Below, in pieces: positions 16,461-18,944 of a stretch of 18,944 nt of DNA. This DNA comes from Methanothrix sp. (GTDB taxonomy: Archaea > Halobacteriota > Methanosarcinia > Methanotrichales > Methanotrichaceae): contig JBAXWY010000051.1 in assembly GCA_037128175.1 (NCBI GenBank), positions 1 to 18,944 on the forward strand, read 5' to 3'. The notes under the pieces are model-generated. The model searched no databases, had not been told where the DNA came from, and worked only from the letters and a program-made list of their open reading frames with translations. The position numbers were made by a program, and so were the translations under genes. Numbering within the stretch: the stretch's first letter is position 1; each line of letters starts with the position of its first letter.

Positions 16461-16477
16461 GGCGGCTCAGCTATAAT

Positions 16478-16490
16478 GCAAACTTTTAAG
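16478..16490 (+). promoter_or_regulatory. Putative BRE/TATA upstream of fdhA
   Basis: GCAAACTTTTAAG about 140 nt upstream of the start, plus an AGGAGG SD just before TTG 16630. Confidence 0.45.
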
Positions 16491-16629
16491 ACATCAGGCG
16501 GAATGAGCATGACGGCAGGGATGATATGCTGGGAGCAATGATAGCATTTGGCGCAAACCGTCGGCGACAAAGGCCCGATCGTCTTTCTCTCAGACTGAAT
16601 ACTCGCCACTTACTTTAGGAGGATTTGAA

Positions 16630-18669
16630 TTGTCTACCAAATTAGTGCCTTCTCTTTGCCCCTATTGTGCAGTAGGTTGCGGTATGTACCTTGCTGTAGA
16701 GAAGGGCATTGCTACCGGCATTGAGTATATGACCGACCACCCCGCCTGTGAGGGCGCCCTCTGCCCCAAGGGCAATGCCGTCCTGGAGGTCTTGAATCAT
16801 GAGGAGAGGCTCAAGTATCCCCTGAAAAGAGTAGGCGAGAAATTTGTGAGGATCTCCTGGGAGGAAGCCCTGGATCTGGTAGCCTGTGGCCTGTCCCGCA
16901 ATATCAAGAAGCACGGGCCTAAATCCCTGGGCTTTTTGGCCTCATCCCGCTGCAATAACGAAGAGAACTACCTGATGCAAAAGCTCTCCCGCCTTCTCGG
17001 CTCGCCCCATGTGGACAACTGCGCCCGCCTCTGCCATTCGCCTACTGTGGTAGGTCTTGGTGCGGTCCTGGGAACGGGAGCTATGACCAACAATCTCAAT
17101 GACCTGCAAAACTCCAAATGCATCTTTGCCATAGGCACAAACTTCGCCGAGGCTCACCCCATCGTCTCCCGCTGGGTGCAAGAAGCCAAAGACAACGGAG
17201 CAACTGTGATTGTAGCCGATCCGCGCATCACCTCCACCACCTGGATGGCGGATCTGCACCTGCAGATCAATCCCGGCAGCGACATAGATCTGCAAAGAGG
17301 CATGATGAAGGTGATAGTGGATGAAGGGCTGACCGATAAGAAGTTCATCAAGGAGAGAACGGAGGGCTTTGCAGAGCTCCTGGCTAACCTTTGCGATTTT
17401 TCCCTGGAGAAGGCGGCAGAACTGACAGGGGTCCCGGCAGGGCTGATCGTCCGGGCGGCGCGTGCCTATGCCCGGTCCCCTGCATCCTCTTTGCTCTACT
17501 CCATGGGCATAACTCAGCATGTCTGCGGTACAGATAATGTGAAGACCTGCGCCACCATAGCTTTGATCTGCGGCCAAATAGGCAGACCGGGCGCTGGAGT
17601 GTGGCCCATGCGCGGACAGAACAACGTCCAGGGAAATTGCGATATGGGAGGCATGGTTGAGTATTATCCCGGCTACAGGAGTGCCTCAGATCCGAAGTCC
17701 GTGGAGTTTTTCAAGGCAGCCTGGCATGCCGATGATCTGCCCCTGGGACCTGGTCTGACCTCCACAGAGATGACACAGGCAGCGCTGGAAGGCGCCATAA
17801 AGGCAATGTACATCATCGGAGAAGATCCCGTCGTCTGCGATGCCAATACCAATAAGACCAAAGCTGCCCTGGACAGCCTGGATTTTCTCGTGGTGCAGGA
17901 GATCTTCATGACGGACACGGCCAAGATGGCCGATCTCGTCCTGCCCGCAGCCGCCTGGGCAGAGAAGGACGGCAGCTACACCTCCATGGAGAGGCGGGTG
18001 CAGTGGATCGACCGGGCTGTTCCCCCGGTGGGCGAAGCTCGGGAGGGGGTGTGGATCATCAATGAGATCGGTAAGAGGATGGGGCTCAATCTCAATGGTG
18101 GCAGCGCCGCAGATGTGCTGGAGGAGATCAACCGGACTGTGCCGCAGTATGGTGGTATGACCCGGGAGAGGATCGCCAAGATCGGAGGCCTGCGCTGGCC
18201 CTGCCCGGATGATAGGCATCCAGGAACGGACATTTTGCACCGGGAGAGATTCTCCACCCCCAGCGGAAAGGCAAATATCGCCTCTGTAGAGAACAGGCCG
18301 GCAGGCGAGCAGACCAGCCCGGAATATCCCCTACTGCTCAGCACCGGTAGGATTGCGGTTCACTACAACAGCGGCTCCATGACGCGTCGCTGTCCTTCGC
18401 TGCTGGAAAGAGACTTTGAGCTTTACGTTGAGATCAATCCCGAGAACGCAGCCCTGCTGAAGGTGCGCCACGGAGATCTGGTAAAGGTGAAAACGCTTCG
18501 TGGAGAGACACAGGCCCGGGCAAGGGTGACGGAGAAGGTAAAGCTTGGCATGGTCTTCATGCCCTTCCACTGGCAGGGGACCAACATCATCACCTCCGAT
18601 GCCCTGGATCCCGTGGCCAAGATCCCGGAGTACAAGATGGCAGCCTGCCGGATAGAAGCGATGGGGTGA
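16630..18669 (+). CDS. fdhA: Formate dehydrogenase alpha subunit (Mo/W-bisPGD, cysteine type)
   Basis: [4Fe-4S] motif CPYCAVGC...LCPKG, SSRCNNEENY, active-site DNCARLCHSPT, MRGQNNVQG.CDMG, and C-terminal PEYK. Confidence 0.96.
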   Translation: MSTKLVPSLCPYCAVGCGMYLAVEKGIATGIEYMTDHPACEGALCPKGNAVLEVLNHEERLKYPLKRVGEKFVRISWEEALDLVACGLSRNIKKHGPKSLGFLASSRCNNEENYLMQKLSRLLGSPHVDNCARLCHSPTVVGLGAVLGTGAMTNNLNDLQNSKCIFAIGTNFAEAHPIVSRWVQEAKDNGATVIVADPRITSTTWMADLHLQINPGSDIDLQRGMMKVIVDEGLTDKKFIKERTEGFAELLANLCDFSLEKAAELTGVPAGLIVRAARAYARSPASSLLYSMGITQHVCGTDNVKTCATIALICGQIGRPGAGVWPMRGQNNVQGNCDMGGMVEYYPGYRSASDPKSVEFFKAAWHADDLPLGPGLTSTEMTQAALEGAIKAMYIIGEDPVVCDANTNKTKAALDSLDFLVVQEIFMTDTAKMADLVLPAAAWAEKDGSYTSMERRVQWIDRAVPPVGEAREGVWIINEIGKRMGLNLNGGSAADVLEEINRTVPQYGGMTRERIAKIGGLRWPCPDDRHPGTDILHRERFSTPSGKANIASVENRPAGEQTSPEYPLLLSTGRIAVHYNSGSMTRRCPSLLERDFELYVEINPENAALLKVRHGDLVKVKTLRGETQARARVTEKVKLGMVFMPFHWQGTNIITSDALDPVAKIPEYKMAACRIEAMG

Positions 18670-18695
18670 AAGCAGGCAAGGTTCATAAAAAGTTT

Positions 18696-18722
18696 ATTTG
18701 TGCAAGCAACTCTTGCACAAAT
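18696..18722. terminator. Perfect 11-bp inverted repeat downstream of fdhA
   Basis: ATTTGTGCAAG-CAACT-CTTGCACAAAT. On the minus strand a T-tract follows 4 nt later. It could also be a protein-binding site. Confidence 0.55.
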
Positions 18723-18724
18723 TC

Positions 18725-18854
18725 TTACATATTCCACTTGACGCTATCGCCCTTGACCTTTATTATTCCCTTCTTCTCCAGCGACCTGGGCCAGCTCCTC
18801 CGCCGCTCTCCTGCCATTTATCTCCAGAACATGAGAAAGAAATACGCCTCGCAT
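18725..18854 (-). pseudogene. Possible frameshifted 3' remnant of a gene (winged-helix-like tail)
   Basis: Removing one C from the CCC run near 18788-18790 joins EINGRRAAEELA to RSLEKKGIIKVKGDSVKWNM*. Confidence 0.3.
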
Positions 18855-18909
18855 GCTTAAGAAGGTTTTTGGTTCCTCGCTATTTCGCATGGGTAATAGA
18901 ATAATCGAG

Positions 18910-18944
18910 TCCTCTGTGAGTCCTCCGTGCGCTCTGTGTCTCTG
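18910..18944. repeat. Copy D (cut by the window edge) of the ~75-bp dispersed element
   Basis: cctctgtgagtcctccgtgcgctctgtgtctctg has the same iteration and orientation as copies A-C. Confidence 0.7.

Noticed and set aside
13850-16475. Classical integron attC sites or an IS element
   Set aside because: I found no RYYYAAC...GTTRRRY-bounded long palindromes, terminal inverted repeats, target duplications or integrase/transposase ORF by eye. The analogy is architectural only.
17020-17045. Selenocysteine in FdhA
   Set aside because: The active-site codon is TGC (Cys) in ARLCH, and there is no in-frame TGA.
18666-18904. Plus-strand ORFs after fdhA as fdhB
   Set aside because: They are 64-68 aa, have no FdhB/FrhB or ferredoxin motifs, and span the palindrome.

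Overview
This is an archaeal chromosomal window, most consistent with a Methanotrichaceae/Methanosarcinales methanogen (inferred from TATA/BRE-type promoters, a tRNA gene without encoded CCA, a DUF1616-type protein, PolX-PHP and a Cys-type FdhA). From left to right it holds: the 5' part of cysS (minus strand, absent from the ORF track), directly preceded by an atypical tRNA-Cys(GCA); a membrane-anchored protein with four ~99-aa Ig/PKD-like repeats; exonuclease III; a chagasin-like inhibitor; two secreted Cys-rich proteins; a DUF523 protein; three small membrane proteins; polX; modABC; a ~2.7 kb island of degenerate GC-rich non-coding repeats interleaved with two toxin-antitoxin pairs (RelE-type and HicBA); and a formate dehydrogenase alpha subunit with no fdhB after it. 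Two things stand out. First, the tRNA-Cys has C73 instead of U73 and ends 2 nt before the ATG of a CysRS with a Cys->Asp zinc-ligand change (WHIED). Second, the repeat/TA island has a cassette-like layout, and one of its sub-elements recurs in the same orientation at both ends of the window. All family assignments come from motif recognition by eye, with no database searches.
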